A stretch of 64,000 nt of DNA from positions 1-64,000 of the IMG/VR virus record IMGVR_UViG_3300017763_000005, one strand, 5' to 3'. Below the pieces are notes generated by a model that worked only from the letters and a program-made list of their open reading frames with translations, made no database searches and was not told the origin of the DNA. Shown here piece after piece: positions 9,504 through 19,257 of the stretch (the first letter of the stretch is position 1; the number at the start of each line of letters is the position of its first letter). This stretch comes from a virus. The translations under genes and the position numbers were made by a program.

Positions 9504-10625
9504 CTAGAATACTCTCATTAATATACAGTCAGCGTTAATTCTGCCTGTAGGGCTATCAATTTTAGTTGTTATTGTCTCCCACACTTTCTCAATTTGCTTT
9601 TCAGTCTTATTAAGAATGAGTGGTAGTATCTCATCAGGTTTACGTAATGTAGCCTGTTTCGAATCTTTATCAAAGTTTTTAATCGTGGTACCTGATATTT
9701 CAAATCCACTTACAGCTGAAGTCACATACTCAATAAGCTTTCTATTCTTAGTATTATAGATATATAGCTTATGTTTAGTTGGTATGAGTATTGGATTAAT
9801 TGATGTCAATTTAGAATCAATATCTTCTTGGCAATACTTAAGCTTAGCAACTTGAGTATCAGATGACTTAGGCTTTTTAGTCCTAGGTATACGAGTAGCT
9901 TTAAAAGAATCTCTTAATCGTTCAAGATCAGCAAACACATCTTCAAACTGCTTTAAGATCTTTTTCTTTTCGCCTTTTGAATAATGTGAATAAGCTTCTA
10001 CACACTGATCGCATGTTCTTTCATAAGCTTCTTTGATTAAATCATACTCTTGTTCGAGCATGCCTTTGAATATATTTATTGCATTACCTTTCAATCCATG
10101 TAATTTAAATCGATTGTATGCACTGAATTTCTTTGTAAAGTCTCCATTTAACCAGCCTTCAACAATATCTTCATCCCATTCAGCGTAAATAGTATCAAGT
10201 ACTTTTAAACGAGTTCTTTCAGCTGGAGTTATAACTTTGACTTCAGCCTTTTTCTTTTCTTCAATCTTTTTAAGAGTAAGACCTTCTTTATAAAGTTCAT
10301 CAATAAAGTCTTTACACTTTTGAATCATTACATCATCGTATTGCCAGCCTCTATAATAGAGTTTGATAATCTTATTGACTTTCATAAACTTCCAATCTTT
10401 AAGTCTTTTCAATACTGATACTTTCTTTTTATCATATCCCATTACATCAGCAGCAAACTGATATGTTGTTGGCATATAATCTTTAGTCTTATAAAAGTAA
10501 TTATACCAGTGAGCACCGTGAGTCCAAGCTGAGCTTGTAAAATCAGATTCTGATGTATAGATTGGTTCTGGTCCAAGATACTTATCGTCTAAACTTGGTC
10601 CTCTTTTCTTTTTTCTTGCTGCCAT
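9504..10625 (-). CDS. Conserved T4-like hypothetical protein
   Basis: 373 aa ORF with its own promoter and RBS; C-terminal TLRKP...GRINADCIL. Confidence 0.7.
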   Translation of the reverse strand: MAARKKKRGPSLDDKYLGPEPIYTSESDFTSSAWTHGAHWYNYFYKTKDYMPTTYQFAADVMGYDKKKVSVLKRLKDWKFMKVNKIIKLYYRGWQYDDVMIQKCKDFIDELYKEGLTLKKIEEKKKAEVKVITPAERTRLKVLDTIYAEWDEDIVEGWLNGDFTKKFSAYNRFKLHGLKGNAINIFKGMLEQEYDLIKEAYERTCDQCVEAYSHYSKGEKKKILKQFEDVFADLERLRDSFKATRIPRTKKPKSSDTQVAKLKYCQEDIDSKLTSINPILIPTKHKLYIYNTKNRKLIEYVTSAVSGFEISGTTIKNFDKDSKQATLRKPDEILPLILNKTEKQIEKVWETITTKIDSPTGRINADCILMRVF

Positions 10626-10651
10626 ATTTCTCCTTATATATGTTTAGATAT

Positions 10652-10680
10652 ATTATACCACATTCCTTATCAAATGTAAA
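10652..10680 (-). promoter_or_regulatory. Early promoter
   Basis: TTTACA-17-TATAAT with extended TG. Confidence 0.8.
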
Positions 10681-10692
10681 CGATTATTTTTA

Positions 10693-10748
10693 ATAAAAGG
10701 TGGCCAGGACTCCGCGGTGATAAGGAGTTGCGTTAATGAGCCCTGACC
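10693..10748 (-). terminator. Large-loop hairpin followed by U-rich tract (terminator or structured RNA)
   Basis: GGTCAGGGCTC/GAGTCCTGGCC 11-bp stem with two G-U pairs on the - strand, 25-nt loop. Confidence 0.55.
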
Positions 10749-10754
10749 TTTGAT

Positions 10755-11042
10755 TTATTTAGCTCCTATTTGGAATACAAAATTTTCTGCTGCATCTTCA
10801 GCATATGATTCATTATGTATACCCATAGGTGATACCATTTTTAACTTATCATTTATAAATTTTTCTACACACCAAACTCCGTCGTTTCTTTTACAGACTT
10901 CAGCTCTATATTCAATATCATCAATAGTATTCATATGTGTTGAATAATACTTATAACTATATGAACGTTCAATTAACTCATCAAGCTTTTTTTCCATATC
11001 ATCAAGCTTAATCATTATATCTTCAAAATTATACATCATCAT
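10755..11042 (-). CDS. Hypothetical protein
   Basis: ORF track, AGGAG RBS; HNESYAEDAAENFV motif. Confidence 0.65.
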   Translation of the reverse strand: MMMYNFEDIMIKLDDMEKKLDELIERSYSYKYYSTHMNTIDDIEYRAEVCKRNDGVWCVEKFINDKLKMVSPMGIHNESYAEDAAENFVFQIGAK

Positions 11043-11114
11043 CTCCTTCTAAAAATATGTAATAAATTGCACCAATAGCAAATGCTATTATGGCAGTGTA
11101 AACTAAAACTTCCA

Positions 11115-11471
11115 TTAGTTTCTCCTCATCTTGCTGATATCCTCAGCTTCTTGTTGTGAAATAACTGGTACAGCATTTGACTTATGCATTGTTGCAATAC
11201 CTTTAACTAATGTGCCAGTATAAACTGGAGCTTCTTTTTTAGTGCAATCACTAGCAATCTCATGATAGGTACCATTTTTCATGTATTCTTCCATCAATGA
11301 GTTGTATTGTTTTTGCTGCCTCGCTCTGAGTTTATCGAGCTGAGACTGACTTGGTTTCATAGGTTTAAATACGGGTTTACTTTTCTTGACTGAATTTAAA
11401 GCGTGATTCTTTCTCTTACGGCCACAAGGTGAATACCTTAGTGATCCCATATAAAAATTAGTTGCACCCAT
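11115..11471 (-). CDS. Conserved T4-like hypothetical protein
   Basis: YTGTLVKGIATMHKSNAVPV motif typical of marine T4-like phages. Confidence 0.75.
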   Translation of the reverse strand: MGATNFYMGSLRYSPCGRKRKNHALNSVKKSKPVFKPMKPSQSQLDKLRARQQKQYNSLMEEYMKNGTYHEIASDCTKKEAPVYTGTLVKGIATMHKSNAVPVISQQEAEDISKMRRN

Positions 11472-11598
11472 TACTTAGGACCTCCATTGTGTCCTATCAT
11501 AGATTTTTGTTTTTGCTTTTCTCTCCATGCAAGGAAATGAATAGCAACTTCTCGGGTTGAGTGAGTTAGAGTACTCACTGGACTTCTTTTTGTTTTTT

Positions 11599-11847
11599 TC
11601 ATAATCTAAATATTTTACCTAATATATTGTCCACTTCTGGATCGTTTAAATGTCCCATGACATCTTCAGTAATACCACTGTCGTAACAAAGCTCACCATG
11701 TAATAAAACAGCAACTTCCCATAGACCTTTTTGATATCCATAGGAGCCTCTATGTTGTATTACACTTGCACCATAGCCATTAGGAAATTTATATACTTTT
11801 TGTATACCGCCCATATGTCTATTTGTTTCGATTAAGTATTTGTTCAT
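11599..11847 (-). CDS. Hypothetical early protein
   Basis: YKFPNGYGASVI..GSYG..GLWEVAVL phage family pattern. Confidence 0.75.
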   Translation of the reverse strand: MNKYLIETNRHMGGIQKVYKFPNGYGASVIQHRGSYGYQKGLWEVAVLLHGELCYDSGITEDVMGHLNDPEVDNILGKIFRL

Positions 11848-11853
11848 ATGTAT

Positions 11854-11882
11854 ATTATACCATAGTTTCAGTTAAATGTAAA
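11854..11882 (-). promoter_or_regulatory. Early promoter (leaderless arrangement)
   Basis: TTTACA-17-TATAAT, ATG 6 nt after the -10 box. Confidence 0.8.
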
Positions 11883-11901
11883 CTGTTTTTGTGAATTAAT
11901 T

Positions 11902-12162
11902 TTAAGTATTTCTTACGTACTCGTTTATAAGCTCTTCGCCTCGTAAAGATTTTCCTAACATGACTACTTCATCTGTAGATGCTATTGTTCTTTTAACACT
12001 ACCATCGTTATATTGAATGTCAAGGACTGATCCATCGTTTCTATCATCTGCATAGAACAATGAGTTTAATGAATGAGCATGTATTGATTTTACTCCTTGT
12101 GCCCACTCTTCAGCTTCCAATTTTAATCTTTGTTTTTCGACTCTATCGTTATATTGACTCAT
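11902..12162 (-). CDS. Hypothetical protein
   Basis: ORF track, co-oriented, purine-rich RBS. Confidence 0.6.
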   Translation of the reverse strand: MSQYNDRVEKQRLKLEAEEWAQGVKSIHAHSLNSLFYADDRNDGSVLDIQYNDGSVKRTIASTDEVVMLGKSLRGEELINEYVRNT

Positions 12163-12298
12163 CTTATTTTCCCCTCTTCTGCTAACTTAATTAATTGTCT
12201 TAACTTTTGATCCCATAGCAGTTTAAAATCTGGATCTTGAGCGTTATCTCTTGCTTTTGTTAAGGCTACTGCTCTTTGCATGGCTGTAAGTCTTTTCA

Positions 12299-12583
12299 TT
12301 AGTTCCACTCCTGGTCTAACTTAGATGCAGCGAACGCATCCATATATGATGTACCTTCAAGATATCTTTCAATATTCTTTTCGCTATGATACATATTCTC
12401 TTCTTTAAAACAATCCAAACCACCTGGTGATTGCTTACCAGCTTTTTTGACTTGCTTAGTCAATTTAGATTGCTCTTTGATAATAGCTTTTCTTGCATCA
12501 AGATTAGCAATAATATCCTGCATCTCTTTCTCTTCTTTAAATTGATTCAATTGTTTTTTTAGTTGTTCAAATGACTTACTCAT
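12299..12583 (-). CDS. Hypothetical protein
   Basis: ORF track, GAGG RBS. Confidence 0.6.
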   Translation of the reverse strand: MSKSFEQLKKQLNQFKEEKEMQDIIANLDARKAIIKEQSKLTKQVKKAGKQSPGGLDCFKEENMYHSEKNIERYLEGTSYMDAFAASKLDQEWN

Positions 12584-12712
12584 CGTTTTTTACCTCTTTT
12601 TCTTTAATAATACCTACAGCAAATAGTTCCATTCTTTCTGCCCATTCATACTCAGCCTCGTCGTTTAAATCAAGTGTAGCCAAGAACTTGTCAAATAGAT
12701 CTGTTTTTTCCA

Positions 12713-13189
12713 TTACGCTACCTCCTTGATTTCAAACCACTCTTTAAGCTCAGCTTCAGTGTCGCAAATATCGCCATCTTCCATTAAGTAAGAAGCTTTA
12801 TAAGATTCACGATTGTTAGTCCAAGTCTCAGTTTTTTCTAAGATTTCTTTTCTCATCCAACCATCTTCACGGTTATCAGTGACTTTCATAAAGTTGACTT
12901 TATCGCCGACAATATGAAATGTAGTAGGTGATTCCCAATCATCGCAAACTTTAATACGTTGACCTACAACTTTAAATTCAGTGACATACTCTTCTGAGCC
13001 ACCATTTGATCTAATTAAATCAGTAGTGATATAAGGTCTAACCTGTGCAGCAATTGTTGCTGTTTCGTTATCATTAAGAGAACCACAGTTTTCCATAAGG
13101 TAAGTATTACCACCCTTGAACTTCATATAAGGTTTCTCGGCAGTACCGTAGTTTTCCATATACTGAGTTTTGATTACTAATTTATTCAT
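12713..13189 (-). CDS. Hypothetical early protein
   Basis: KLVIKTQYMENYG...KFKGG.TY phage family pattern; TAATG coupling. Confidence 0.7.
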   Translation of the reverse strand: MNKLVIKTQYMENYGTAEKPYMKFKGGNTYLMENCGSLNDNETATIAAQVRPYITTDLIRSNGGSEEYVTEFKVVGQRIKVCDDWESPTTFHIVGDKVNFMKVTDNREDGWMRKEILEKTETWTNNRESYKASYLMEDGDICDTEAELKEWFEIKEVA

Positions 13190-13458
13190 TACGCAACCTC
13201 CATGATAGAGATTGGGCAGTTATATTCTCTGCCATCGATTTCTACAATCGCTTTTGTACGATTGAGTTTTACGATGGTTCCAGTCAAGCTGCCTTTTCTG
13301 GAAGTTATATTGACTGTTTGGCCAATATTGAAAGCTGCTTTTTTTGCAGCTACAAGAGAAGCTCTAAGAGATTTTTGTTTTGCTCTTACAACTTCGATTA
13401 TCACATTCAAATCTTCCATTTGGTCGATTTGGTTAATTAGCGTTATTGCTTTTTTCAT
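13189..13458 (-). CDS. Hypothetical early protein (SH3/KOW-like C-terminus)
   Basis: AAGGAG RBS, first gene after a promoter; GTIVKLNRTKAIV. Confidence 0.7.
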   Translation of the reverse strand: MKKAITLINQIDQMEDLNVIIEVVRAKQKSLRASLVAAKKAAFNIGQTVNITSRKGSLTGTIVKLNRTKAIVEIDGREYNCPISIMEVA

Positions 13459-13487
13459 AATTACTCCTTATCCTGAATTATATGTAT

Positions 13488-13516
13488 ATTATACACTAGT
13501 TTGGCGCAAATGTAAA
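13488..13516 (-). promoter_or_regulatory. Early promoter
   Basis: TTTACA-17-TATAAT. Confidence 0.8.
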
Positions 13517-13695
13517 GGATTATTTTCACTTTTTGTGAAAAAACTTGACACTCTTAACACCTTTTCGCTCAAGTGTTGTCTCCGTCCCTGTATTCTACGT
13601 CATGTTTTGCGAATATTTTGTTTGCTTTACGTTGAAAGGATAGCTCGATCTGACGATCAAGCCATCTTCTAAACCACTGTCTGATTTTACCCATA

Positions 13696-14136
13696 TTAAA
13701 ATGCTCCAGGAGCTACTTGTAAACATGGGATGCCAGCTGATCTCCACATACTGACAACTTGGTCTCTATCATCGAAAACCATATCAGGTTTCCAATCAGC
13801 TTTGATCAACTCAGCCAAGACTCTTGCTTTAAACTCATGATCTGGCTCGTAGCTATCATCTGGTCTCATGAACATAAAGTCCCAAAATTGACCACAGGTT
13901 GCAGATAACTGTTTTTCAGTTATGGCTCTTTGTCTTTCTTTTCTTGCTGATACAACAACTATTGAATGACCTGCATCTTTCATGCATTCAGCTATCTCAA
14001 AGATATGCTCATGTCTTGTATCATCGACTGTAGCAGCTTCAAATGCTGGCCAATCGACTTGTTGACTTCCATCAACGAATTTTCTTCTGTGTTCGACATC
14101 CATTAAGGTTCCGTCGACATCAAATATAATTTTCAT
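13696..14136 (-). CDS. HAD-family 3'-phosphatase resembling the PseT/PNKP C-terminal domain
   Basis: IIFDVDGTL, VVSAR, FMRPDD, VFDDRDQVVSMWR; start moved to the ATG with an AGGAG RBS. Confidence 0.88.
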   Translation of the reverse strand: MKIIFDVDGTLMDVEHRRKFVDGSQQVDWPAFEAATVDDTRHEHIFEIAECMKDAGHSIVVVSARKERQRAITEKQLSATCGQFWDFMFMRPDDSYEPDHEFKARVLAELIKADWKPDMVFDDRDQVVSMWRSAGIPCLQVAPGAF

Positions 14137-14209
14137 TACGATACTCCTAAAATTTTTAATATTACTGGCAATGCAAATAAAGCCAACCCTTGTATAAAAC
14201 CCCAATCCA

Positions 14210-14506
14210 TTATGAAGCCTCCTTTAATTGAGTTCTGATTTTTCCAGCCATTTGCCATCCGTTAAGATCACCACCTGACTCTATACCAAAATCATTTAAA
14301 TTAACTACTAATTTGTAGTACTTAGGGCCATCACAAAACTCAAATCTTTCGCCTCTTTTATAAACTGCTCTGAACCAGTATTTGTTGTATTGTCCTTGTA
14401 CTGGAACTAAATCATATCCCAATTTATTTCTGAAATATGTAACGATTTTTGTAGCACTGTAGTGCCCTTTTTCTGAGTTTGCTTTTGCGATTATGTTATA
14501 AGCCAT
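14210..14506 (-). CDS. Hypothetical early protein
   Basis: AAGGAG RBS, first gene after a promoter. Confidence 0.65.
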   Translation of the reverse strand: MAYNIIAKANSEKGHYSATKIVTYFRNKLGYDLVPVQGQYNKYWFRAVYKRGERFEFCDGPKYYKLVVNLNDFGIESGGDLNGWQMAGKIRTQLKEAS

Positions 14507-14540
14507 ATATTTTCTCCTTATCCTTTAATATATACTTACT

Positions 14541-14569
14541 ATTATACACTAGTTGGGAGCAGTTGTAAA
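14541..14569 (-). promoter_or_regulatory. Early promoter
   Basis: GTTTACA-17-TATAAT. Confidence 0.8.
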
Positions 14570-14605
14570 CGTTTTTTTGAAAATAATTGACAGAAAAGTG
14601 TTGTT
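14541..14605. repeat. Promoter-module repeat, copy 1 (copy 2 at about 47894-47969)
   Basis: Shared TAGTTGGGAGCAGTTGTAAACGTTTTTT.TGAAAATAATTGA and TTGACAGAAAAGTGTTGTT. Confidence 0.8.
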
Positions 14606-14661
14606 TGGCATGTGACTATAGTGTTGTTTCAGAAACATCAACACTTTTATGCTAAGTTTTT

Positions 14662-15243
14662 TTATTTTATTTTATTTTTGACGTGACGATTATTTATGAC
14701 TACAAGACCTAATACCATGTTTAACTCTTTTAAGAGCTGTGGATCATGATCATGAATATAAGATGGTTCGAGATAATAATCCACTATAGTCTTAAATATA
14801 ATTAATTCTGAAAGAGAAGGTCTCTCTCCAAGCAATGGATTAAGTTCCATAATCTTATTACTTTCAGAAAGGCCATCATATGTAGTATACACATCTAATG
14901 CATTAAGTGCATACCAAACATATAGGTCAATTTTATCTTGTTCGGATAGGTGTATAGATGGTAACTTCTTCTGATTTTCCTTTAACTTTAATCCTATCAA
15001 CTTCAGAGAATGCTCTTTCTGTACAGCTTCTATATGTTTCTGGTCCCAACAGCACTCGTATCCCATCGTAATTGCGAGTTTGTCCTTCGAGTCTAGCCCC
15101 AAGGTTGACGGCATCTCCAATAACGGAATAGTCAAACCGCTCTTCGGATCCCATGTTTCCAACGATGCAAGTACCTGTGTTGATACCAATACCAATGTCG
15201 ATAGTAGGAAGACCTTGTTCTTCCAGTTCTTTAATAAGTTCAT
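14662..15243 (-). CDS. Putative exported/membrane protein whose 5' half overlaps the cyclase gene
   Basis: GAGG RBS, signal-peptide-like MNLLKNWKNKVFLLSTLVLVSTQVLA, C-terminal LDVYTTYDGL...ELNPLL. Confidence 0.6.
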   Translation of the reverse strand: MNLLKNWKNKVFLLSTLVLVSTQVLASLETWDPKSGLTIPLLEMPSTLGLDSKDKLAITMGYECCWDQKHIEAVQKEHSLKLIGLKLKENQKKLPSIHLSEQDKIDLYVWYALNALDVYTTYDGLSESNKIMELNPLLGERPSLSELIIFKTIVDYYLEPSYIHDHDPQLLKELNMVLGLVVINNRHVKNKIK

Positions 15244-16774
15244 CTGCTGCCTCACATATTTCTAATGATGTTTTTACAGCTTTGTTAGCATGATCTTCAC
15301 AGTCAAGTGGAGCATTCCAAAAAGCCATAATACAATCACCCATGAATTTATCAATGGTTCCACCGTTCTTTAAAACGATTTTAGTCATTGTATCTAAATA
15401 ATTATTTATAAGAACTACGAGACCTTCCGGATCGTCATTATTCTTATAGTGTTCGGATATCGGTGTAAATCCACATATATCCATAAACATAAATGTCATT
15501 TCTTTTCTTTCGCCACCAAGCTTTAAGAGCGATGGATCTTTTTGTAATTGTTTAACTAAGTCAGGAGATACATATGTACCAAATTGTTTCTTTATCTGTT
15601 GTCGTAAAACAAATTGTTTATAGAAGTTATTGAAACTCGCTGAGGTGAGTAAAAGTATATATATTATTAGAGTAGCTGATAAATCGAGGAGTATAGAAAA
15701 TTCGTACCAGGCGTAATAGGAAGCGTAGCTTACAGCAGCAGCGGAGCCGACGAAGGATACAAGCCCGATCAATATTGGAAGATAATAGACTGACAGTACT
15801 ATCAGCAGACTCCCAATTAGAATCATTCCTAACTCAGCAGCATATGTCCATTGAGGACGAGATATCGGAGAATCAGATATTATCGTCTGAAGAGCATTTG
15901 CCTGTAATTGATGAGGATATAGAAGTCCAGCTGGAGTTGTAATCTGAGGTGCTATACCTTTAGCGGTTACTCCTATAATAACTGTCTTACCTTCTAAGTC
16001 TGGTAAAGGTTCTCCATAATCATAACTATCAAAATGTGTATTCCATTTCAACCAGATACTTCCTCTTTCATCAGTAGGTATTATAAACGGTCTCAATATA
16101 ATAGATTCTATTCCTGATTCATTTAACTTAACAGTATAGGATTTCTTATTCTGTAGTGCTCGTACCGTTTCTAGTGCAAATGATGGGTAGACGTTTCCAT
16201 TGACTTGTGACATTAATGGTATCCTACGCGTCTGATTATCTACTTCTGGCGCACCATTAAGTAATCCTACTCCCCATGAATGTTTCTCTAATTCTTCTAT
16301 GTTAGTTACTAATCCTTTATATCGATAAGTAAGGTCTAGTATATCACCTGAATAACCAAATGTTGCATACCCTACATAAGGCGCTTTAGTACTTCTTCCA
16401 TTTTCATCTGCATCTTGAGCAAGTATTATACCATTTCCATTAATCCAAGAAGCAAAAACTTCATCTCCGCCAAACCTATCAGCCTCTGGAAACATAATAG
16501 TGAACCCAATCATACCCGCATTTGCATTCCTTAGATCAGAAATCACTGCTGCGTGATTCTGACGTGGCCAAGGGTATTGACCATAGGCTTCGAGTGAAGA
16601 CTCGGATATGTTCAACAACACTATATCGTTAGAATGTTCTACTGGAATTGATTGTATATATTGATCGAATATACTTAAACGAAATTGTTCTAATAATTGA
16701 GGGTCAGCTACTCTTACTCCTAAAAGTGTTATACCCAATAAAACAGTTGTCCAAATGCTTGTTAAATATTTCAT
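14933..16774 (-). CDS. CHASE2-domain class III adenylate/guanylate cyclase
   Basis: YGQYPWPR and PEADRFGGD (CHASE2), 3 TM helices, FMDICGFT, DKFMGDCIMAFWNAP, GIGINTG, YSVIGDAVNLGARLEG. Confidence 0.95.
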   Translation of the reverse strand: MKYLTSIWTTVLLGITLLGVRVADPQLLEQFRLSIFDQYIQSIPVEHSNDIVLLNISESSLEAYGQYPWPRQNHAAVISDLRNANAGMIGFTIMFPEADRFGGDEVFASWINGNGIILAQDADENGRSTKAPYVGYATFGYSGDILDLTYRYKGLVTNIEELEKHSWGVGLLNGAPEVDNQTRRIPLMSQVNGNVYPSFALETVRALQNKKSYTVKLNESGIESIILRPFIIPTDERGSIWLKWNTHFDSYDYGEPLPDLEGKTVIIGVTAKGIAPQITTPAGLLYPHQLQANALQTIISDSPISRPQWTYAAELGMILIGSLLIVLSVYYLPILIGLVSFVGSAAAVSYASYYAWYEFSILLDLSATLIIYILLLTSASFNNFYKQFVLRQQIKKQFGTYVSPDLVKQLQKDPSLLKLGGERKEMTFMFMDICGFTPISEHYKNNDDPEGLVVLINNYLDTMTKIVLKNGGTIDKFMGDCIMAFWNAPLDCEDHANKAVKTSLEICEAADELIKELEEQGLPTIDIGIGINTGTCIVGNMGSEERFDYSVIGDAVNLGARLEGQTRNYDGIRVLLGPETYRSCTERAFSEVDRIKVKGKSEEVTIYTPIRTR

Positions 16775-16780
16775 AAAGTG

Positions 16781-17191
16781 TTATACTGTGTTATACTTTT
16801 TTTCTTCCCAATCTTCTATAGCTTTTCTAATACTATCTTCTGCTAATACAGAACAATGTAATTTAATTGGTGGAAGATTTAATGCTTCAGCAATATCTTT
16901 ATCTTTTATTTGTTTTGCTTCTTCTATTGTATTACCTTTAAGCATTTCTACAAACATTGTAGAACTTGCGATAGCTGAACCACAACCATACGTTTTAAAC
17001 TTTACATCTACTATTCTATCGTTACCTGGATCAAGCCTTAATTGTAATTTCATTACGTCACCGCAAGCTGGAGCTCCAGCCATACCTGTTGCAACTGTTG
17101 GATCGTTAGGATCGAATCGTCCTACTGAAAATTGTTGTGGACTATTTAAAACTCCTTCGAATCTTTCTACTACTTCTTTCGAATATGCCAT
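16781..17191 (-). CDS. iscU: Fe-S cluster scaffold IscU
   Basis: GAPACGDVMKLQ, FKTYGCGSAIASS, LPPIKLHCSVLAED. Confidence 0.96.
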   Translation of the reverse strand: MAYSKEVVERFEGVLNSPQQFSVGRFDPNDPTVATGMAGAPACGDVMKLQLRLDPGNDRIVDVKFKTYGCGSAIASSTMFVEMLKGNTIEEAKQIKDKDIAEALNLPPIKLHCSVLAEDSIRKAIEDWEEKKYNTV

Positions 17192-17448
17192 TAGCTAAAT
17201 TTCTTTTGTATTTTTTTAAACATATAATATATAGACAAACCATAAGTTGCTAAAACTGTCATAGTAATACCTATATAAACTAATTCTAATGGATTAAGAA
17301 AAAGAACTTGCCATACGAAATTTGCAGCCGCTTCTGCATCACCCATTGCTTCTGGCATTGCCATATCATTCTCTTCAAATATATCTACTATCTCGTCCCA
17401 TTCTTCGTATGTAAGACATTCGTAATATTCTTCTGGACATTCTACCAT
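17191..17448 (-). CDS. Small acidic membrane protein
   Basis: ORF track; C-terminal TM; TAATG coupling to iscU. Confidence 0.6.
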   Translation of the reverse strand: MVECPEEYYECLTYEEWDEIVDIFEENDMAMPEAMGDAEAAANFVWQVLFLNPLELVYIGITMTVLATYGLSIYYMFKKIQKKFS

Positions 17449-17449
17449 T

Positions 17450-18097
17450 TTAATTTCCTTGTGTTACTGATACTGAACAACCACCAACTGTTTGGCAGTT
17501 TTGTGTTAAACTATATGTTTGATTGACAGAACCCTGTTGTAATACATTTAATGTAGTTGCATATGAACCTTGTAATGTTACTTGAGAGTTATGCGAACCA
17601 GTTCCTTTTTGCATTATATTAGTATCTGAATAAGATGATGAACCATAAAAATAAGTATGATTGTAATGACTACCACTTCCTTCTTGCCATAGGTCATGAT
17701 CTACTGAACTTGCATGTAAATCTAAGTTATGAGTATGTGTTCCATTTTGATATACATCAACATCGTTACTATTACCCCATATATGTCGACCATAGGTTGC
17801 ACCGTTTAATTGCATAACTGATTCGTTATTATTAGTACCATCAACATCACCACCCCAACCTTTACCTGGTCCCCAATATGAAACCCATGATATAGAATTT
17901 CCGGATCCAGTTTGACTTAAATCAAATACATTGTTTTGATGATCAAATGAAAATTTAATTTCGTTATCATATCCAATTTGAGTGATCTCAATATCTACGT
18001 TATCTCCGCCATTGACCTGTTCTATATGAACATGATTATCTCCGCCAAATACTATAGCGCAATATGAGAGTAACCAGAGGTATGCTATTATTTTCAT
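17450..18097 (-). CDS. Secreted curlin-repeat protein (CsgA/CsgB-like)
   Basis: Signal peptide; repeated Q-x-G-x-x-N/H units (ITQIGYDN, LSQTGSGN, MQKGTGSH); csgFG context. Confidence 0.8.
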   Translation of the reverse strand: MKIIAYLWLLSYCAIVFGGDNHVHIEQVNGGDNVDIEITQIGYDNEIKFSFDHQNNVFDLSQTGSGNSISWVSYWGPGKGWGGDVDGTNNNESVMQLNGATYGRHIWGNSNDVDVYQNGTHTHNLDLHASSVDHDLWQEGSGSHYNHTYFYGSSSYSDTNIMQKGTGSHNSQVTLQGSYATTLNVLQQGSVNQTYSLTQNCQTVGGCSVSVTQGN

Positions 18098-19257
18098 TAA
18101 TTTACCTGCCTTATGTATATATTTATATCATCACCACCATTCATTCGTATTGTTCCTTCATATCCATCAACAATAGTATTAAGTGTTACCTCAGCTCCAG
18201 CTTCGAACTTAAGATTAATAATACCATTTACATCTCTATAGAATATAATACCACCATCTTCAAGGAATACATTATATTGGCTATCTTTATTTAAACCGAG
18301 TGTTGCACCCTCAAGTTTAAACCCAGCCGATCCACCAGAGCTTGATGAAGCTTGTTTGTCTCCAAGTACCTTTTTAGTTTTTACTAATTCTTCTACAACA
18401 TCTAATAAATCTGGTAAGAATTCGCCTGCTAAAAAGTCTACATCAATACGATTATAGTCTTTATCTTCTTCGTAATAATCATCTATGGTTTTATCCAATT
18501 CATTATACTCTAAAAAATCAACATCTAATATTCCTTGATCTTTATTTAAATCATTATCCACTTGTTCTTGTATTGCTTGTTTTACTTCTGTTGGTGGATT
18601 CACAATAAACATATTATCAATCATTGATGGAGTAATACCACCAATCGTAACTGGTTTTGTTGGCATAGTATTTAAACTTTGTACCATTGTTGCTTGATAC
18701 GCTTGATTCAGAGTAATAACTCCTGCTTCATTTGTTACTGTAATCTCTCCAGATGGATCACCATTCGCATCTGGCAATAACATAATTAAACTTCTACCAA
18801 GTTCATCAATCGTTGTTGTAAAATCTGTACCACGAATACCAATCGTGGCTGTGGGTGTTTGTATATCAATGTTTGCTTTATTTACTAATCCAAGAGAACC
18901 TGAAGCAAATCTTGCTGTTCCCATTGTAAATTTCATTGACATTTTAGAGAGTGAAGGATCCGGATCATAATAGATCTCATCAATTAATACTTCACTATGT
19001 TCTTTAATATCTAATTGAGCATTATCTAAAAACTTTATTTTAAGTTTACCATTCGCTGTTTCTGCCACATCATTCAATTCGATCTCAGGCAGAGACTCTT
19101 CTGTAATTATTATTTCTTCTTGTTGTCTTTTGAGTTGAGCAGAACCTGATTGTTCTACTATAGACCCGATAGAGTCCGCCGAAACGGACCCTATGAGTAA
19201 AAAATTAACTATCGTTAGCTGTATCTTTTTGATTGATTTGAATTGTTGCATTTTCAC
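18097..19257 (-). CDS. Exported FecR-domain protein
   Basis: AETANG.LKIKFLD, GTARFASG, IQTPTATIGIRGTDF FecR signature; signal-like N-terminus. Confidence 0.88.
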   Translation of the reverse strand: MKMQQFKSIKKIQLTIVNFLLIGSVSADSIGSIVEQSGSAQLKRQQEEIIITEESLPEIELNDVAETANGKLKIKFLDNAQLDIKEHSEVLIDEIYYDPDPSLSKMSMKFTMGTARFASGSLGLVNKANIDIQTPTATIGIRGTDFTTTIDELGRSLIMLLPDANGDPSGEITVTNEAGVITLNQAYQATMVQSLNTMPTKPVTIGGITPSMIDNMFIVNPPTEVKQAIQEQVDNDLNKDQGILDVDFLEYNELDKTIDDYYEEDKDYNRIDVDFLAGEFLPDLLDVVEELVKTKKVLGDKQASSSSGGSAGFKLEGATLGLNKDSQYNVFLEDGGIIFYRDVNGIINLKFEAGAEVTLNTIVDGYEGTIRMNGGDDINIYIRQVN

